A stretch of DNA of 55,784 nucleotides, counting the filler, from Sluysia triapertura (taxonomy: Eukaryota), in NCBI GenBank assembly GCA_046118255.1. It is 4 parts of 4 records of this genome, joined end to end, with 100 filler letters (N's around TTAATTAATTAA, not from the genome) between each part and the next. Parts side by side here need not be neighbours in the genome. Positions count along the whole stretch, not along the records: positions 40,646 to 55,784 come from JBJNIA010238106.1; 3 more parts are not named here. One strand, given 5' to 3'. Below are positions 50,640 through 55,784 of the stretch, one piece after another (the stretch's first letter is position 1; each line of letters starts with the position of its first letter). A model generated the notes under the pieces. The model saw nothing but the letters and a program-made list of their open reading frames with translations. It was not told the origin of the DNA and did not search any database. A program made the position numbers and the translations under genes.

Positions 50640-53600
50640 TCATTGTTCTTTTCGGTAACCTTCTCTCATTTCGAAAAAAAATCTTCGAAATATTTGGCCA
50701 ATACTAATTCAATACATCCATTTCTTCAAATTCACTATCTACTAAAAAGTGTTACATCGAGCGAAAAAGATATTAATCTAAAAAGCAATAATGGATTGTA
50801 AGTGGGTTGTGGCAGAATTTCTCAATTACATTGTGTTAATTAACTTCGAGTTAGATTTGCTTTGTCTTGAAGGAAAATTATAATTTTTACGAATCTACGC
50901 TGATTCATTTTCAAACATTTTCTAGCACAAGCGATGTAATTGTTGACAATAAATGTTAGACAGTGAAGTTTCGTCTATTTTCAATAAATAATAATGTATG
51001 ATTCAATCTAATTCCACAAAAAAAGATTTTAAAAATACTACTTTTGCAATTCTTATTAATATATAACCATTTTAACAAGTCAGTCCAAACAAAATTTTGA
51101 TAATAATGAAGCTACAATTTAAACTTTTGCTCTGCTGCCAAATTATGTAGTATCTGTTCAATTTTAGTAACTTTTCAAATCGTTTAAAATCATTTAAAAC
51201 GGTTGTATGATTTAAGTCTTGAGTTGGTTTCGAGTTTATCTGGAGCATTAATTTTCAGTTCTGATAGTGGTCCAGATTTAAGTCCATCCTATAAGCCATA
51301 GTCCACAATCGAAATTTTTGAAGGCTTTCAAATGGTCTAAGGCTTGCAGAATTAAGAAACTTTTAAGATTTTATTCAAACCTTCTGTGTCTTTGTAATAA
51401 TCATTACATTGTCGAATATAAAACGTCTAAAAATAAAATTCTCTTTGAAATTTAAATTCACGATTATGCTTTTAATAATTAAAATGAACATTTAAACAAT
51501 ATCTTGTTAAACTTGAGTTATTTAATTTTTAAATCTGTATATAAAATTTTTGGATTTAAATATATATAAATATATATCCCTACCTAATTTAATATTATTT
51601 AGCAAATAATCTCATACTAATTAATCCAATCAGAAATATAAAATATAAATTCAAGTTTATGCGCACACAGAAAACGTGTAGAATTATATTTAAAATAAAT
51701 TCAAAACTGAAAATAAGAAATTAATATAAGTAATAGTCTGGTGTTAAATTCACAGTATGCCAATTTGCTGCAATTTGAAATAACAACCGTTTTTCATGTA
51801 AATATTTTCACTAACCGACAATATACTGAAATTGTTTAAAAAATTATATACTACTTTACATAAAAACAGTGAGTAATAATATGTATTTATGAAAGATTAC
51901 AAATCAAGAATAAAGTAGGAAAACTAATGCAGAATATATGAAATATACTGTTTACCTGTACCGAAATTAAATTATAATATCAAATGTTAAAAAGAATAGC
52001 TGTTAAATTTTAAACTAGGTGGAATATTTGTTCATAATTTGGTTAAAAAGGAATGTTCGAATGTCGATAAAATAATTTCGGAAAAATCAACAAATCGAAT
52101 AAGTTAATCAATAGTTACGAGATTATTCATAATATATTAAAGATTTTTGGTATTCGAATCTGTAGTGTCACAGTTGCACACCTCATTTTGTAGTTAAACG
52201 TAATAAACATAAACACGAGTACAAATATAATTCACTTCAACCTCATTTATAAACATTTCATCTATCTCATAACTTCACCACATCTCACTCAAGTTACGAA
52301 ATTCAGAATAACTGAATCATTAATATATAAAATCATAGTAATCCACAAGTTTTATTATTTATAAATTTGACATAGGTGTTCTTGCTGATATCGCCCCCTT
52401 CGTCCACTTTAACAGCACGCCTGGAATTCTAAATTCCCCTTTAGTTTATTATGTAGACGTATTTATTTTTAAAAATGTTGAAGTAGAACCTTCTTTGCAA
52501 AACCTTTTATGCTTCTTACCTGTTTGATCTTGTTAACTATGTGTAGTAAAACATTTTTTGTTTTAGCAATATGTAACGCATCAGTTATTTTTTTGTAAGA
52601 ATTGTACAATCTCATTAAATTTTTTGATTTCCTTAAGCACTATTTGTGTTCATATCAACTCTTAATGATGTCAATATTTTTAAATAGATTCGATTTTAGA
52701 TGTAATTTTAGATATAATTACTGAACTTAATTTATTTAAATTGAAGCAAAATTAATTCAAAATTGAAATTTATAACAAATAATTATATAAATATATTTAA
52801 TCTAATTTTGTACATAAATCCATTTTTAGTTAAAATCTATTTTAGTTAAAATAATAACTACAGTTTTAATGACTGAAATTAATTTATATAAATCGAAACA
52901 AAATTAATTCAAAATTGAGAAATTTTATTCATCAGTTACTTTATTTTAATATTGGGTTTTTTAATGTTAAAAATTTTGAAAGTGTTTATAGAATTTTTGA
53001 AAATAATGGAAAAACGGTGCCACGAAATGTGTACAGTATGTTATAGTTTAACTTTATAAAAGTTTTCATAGGATTACAGAACAAGATAGCAAATTTTACT
53101 GGAATATGTCTAACTCAGCTGATTTTCTTCGAAGCATGTCACCGATTTACGCAATAGATTTCTACTTTTCAGACGTTCAGTTTTCATCAGTGTTACGTAT
53201 TTTGTTGCATGATCTCCACAATTTTTATTTGCATGAATTTTTTTACCATATGTTTGTTTAATTTACGAATTATGAAAGTTAAATAAATTTTACTGCCATT
53301 TTATCTATACCACTATTATTATAATTTGACGTCAAATGAAAATGTTTTGTGGGATTACACACAAGTTATACCTAGTCTTAGTATTTATTCGGAGCAATCT
53401 AGCAAGCTACTAAGTTACCATTTTAAATTTAAAAGTTTGTCGAAAGAAAAGCAAAAGAGATTAGTCGATCTTTTTTTGTTGTATTAGAATTTATGCATTT
53501 CGTAACAATGATTTTAAATTTTAGTAAACATAATGAATGATTCGGTAAAATTCTACGGCTGTATAATTTGAATAAGTTCAAAAGTAGAAAAACCATTTTA

Positions 53601-53990
53601 TGCTTTCTCTATGGTTTACGATAAATTTGATGATATAATAACTAAAATTTTCATTTCAGATTTTACGAATTTTGAATTTCGTAGTATTGTAAAATATATT
53701 CTTCTTTTTAAAGCATCTAAGTCACACAGTTTTTACAGTAGCGAAACGACCTTCCATTCGTACAATTTAATTACAGCTAGAATAATTTATATTTACGAAT
53801 TTCAAGATGAAAACTCTATTAATCATTTTCATGGCTGCGAGAAATAACTAATTGCGTTGTCGTTAATGTTAGAAATGCTAATCACCTGTTTGTGATCGAT
53901 CACCAAGAGTGGAGATACTCCAGTCGAAGTAGTGACCTGTTTCTTGTTGGTTGTACTTATTTTTATGATCACTTGTGTTAATAACTTCAA
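50640..53990 (-). mobile_element. Very decayed Ty3/Gypsy-like pol remnants (RNase H, integrase)
   Basis: In the expected order on the minus strand: AISYFS...ILAVI..L.EW (RNase H-like, about 53860-53750), H....GDH (about 53230), YIRQC and LRPFE...MDL/GPL (about 51420-51265). Fragmented, with insertions. Confidence 0.3.
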
Positions 53991-54696
53991 TATATGACGT
54001 CTTAATTTATTTAATTTCTTTTGTTTGTAACGATAATTATTATTTCGAATATTTTAACAGAAACCTTTTTTAAACTACAATCTTTCACTATTTTTCATAG
54101 TAAGTAATATTTACAGGACCTTAAGTCCATACTTTACCATAAATCTAACTTTTTGATTTCATTTTCGTCTCTTTATACAATTAAACTAATTAAAATAGAT
54201 GCTTTACGGCCATTATAGTATCATATTGTAGGAGAATTGTATATTTTGAAAAAACATGTTACTAAAGGTAAAACAGAAGCAAGACATAACAGAAATGAAA
54301 AATATACTAAGACTTCTCTCCAAGTCTAAATATATGAATGTTTTAGGTAACTTGTATTAAATCAATTCAAAACGTAATTATCACAAACCTCAACTTAACC
54401 TAACACAGTTATTACAAATCACATACAAAAATCGGAAACACTAATAACGCAACGTAACTCAAAATTCAACAAATTTTCACAACAATCATAACAATACTTG
54501 CATTAATATTTACACTCAATTACGCACAACTAGAATCTAAAATTTATCATTGTTATTATAATTTAATGTTATGTATTGACTCAATTTGTCATTCGATATT
54601 TACATCGTTCGAAACGCAATAATCCGATACCGATATATTGGATTAAAAATAATTTATCTAAACAGTTTTGAGAATAACGTTACTTTGAATTATTCT

Positions 54697-54800
54697 TTAC
54701 TTTAATTAATTTAATTAACTTTATTAATTAATTTAATTTACTTTAATTAATTTAATTTCCTTTAATTAATTTAATTACTTTACTTTATTTAATTAACTTT
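54697..54800. repeat. AT-rich minisatellite, about 20-bp unit ACTTTAATTAATTTAATT
   Basis: Four to five degenerate tandem copies. Confidence 0.8.
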
Positions 54801-55784
54801 AAATAAACAAAGTAATAAAATTTCAAGTAAATTTAAACAATGAATTATCAGTTTATAATAATTAAATGTCGTGCCATTCATATTGTATCGGTTTTAATAA
54901 TAAAAATTATGATAATTTTACTTTTGTAGGATTTAAATTACACTAATATATAAGATGAATTAACCTCCATTTTTTAGAATTATATGAATTGTGTGCGACG
55001 AATCAAGAGACTACCCGAATTATATAGTGTTAGTATATAGTAATTACAATTTTATGTAAATGTTAATTCAACAATAAACTAAATTAAATTTAAAATTAGC
55101 AATAATATTAAAACCAGCAATATTAAGATCAACAGCCAACTAAAGTAAAATTTCAAAAAAATCATAAAAGAAATTCTACAACTATAGAAACAATGCATCA
55201 AACAAAAAATAAAAATAATTAGAAATACGTAAATGAAAAACATAAACTAAAGTAAAAACTATTACTTTACAGAAAGAAAAAACCGCCAAAACATAGTAAC
55301 AGATTAAATATGGAAATCTATAGGAAAAAGAAAAGGTACGTATTGGCATATTGCTAAAAGAAAAGATAACGGAATATCGTAACATGAAAATAAAGGAAAT
55401 CTCACAATGAAGCCTTCTTGGTACTTGAGATAAAAAATAGACAGACAAAAATAGATTACTCAGACAAGAAAATCTCTAATTACTATATTCAGAGAAATTT
55501 AGGATATCGCTGGCAGAGAATAAAGATTGAATTGACGAATTTGGGACACTGTCAGCAATGTTTAGTTAATATATCAGTTACACCACAAAAAATTTTCGTA
55601 CTTAATTGGATATTTCAATACAAACAATCCCGTGTTATAGGTTATTTAATTGTAAAATATATACACGTTTCAAATTATTTTGTGAGCATCATTTACTTAA
55701 TGTAGTCTTTTAACCTTTATCGTACGAATGGTTAATATATTAACCACTGTTTGTACTCGTTGTTTGCCGAATTATAGGAATATA

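Noticed and set aside
1-55784. CRISPR arrays, operons, rRNA or intact tRNA genes
   Set aside because: No regularly spaced repeat-spacer structure, rRNA-like sequence or complete cloverleaf was seen. The DNA is spliceosomal-intron-containing eukaryotic sequence.

Overview
AT-rich eukaryotic (metazoan, invertebrate-like) genomic DNA. It is four pieces joined by artificial 100-bp linkers (44 N + TTAATTAATTAA + 44 N, at 11548, 23521 and 40546), with two ordinary N gaps. The only clearly intact gene is a two-exon arginine kinase (2497-3708). Isolated exons are visible for a class C GPCR, a Ser/Thr/Gly-rich protein and Shc; the terminal Shc SH2 exon is missed by the ORF track. Several host-type genes are broken: a Lines-like gene, a spectrin-repeat gene, a P-type (Na/K-like) ATPase split by a hAT insertion, a Ly6/three-finger-like gene and a tetraspanin-like exon. 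The rest is mostly decayed mobile DNA: a Polinton/Maverick major capsid remnant, three hAT (Buster/Charlie/SPIN-type) elements, a deleted piggyBac, mariners, two MITEs, L2 LINE pieces and Gypsy-like remnants, plus AAT/ATC microsatellites. No complete novel system is demonstrable. The best leads are a GC-distinct arginine kinase next to a Polinton capsid remnant, a pre-miRNA-like hairpin at 9638-9695, a recurring inverted-CCAAT module, and frameshifts that repeatedly map to A-runs. All homology calls come from motif recognition by eye, not from database searches.
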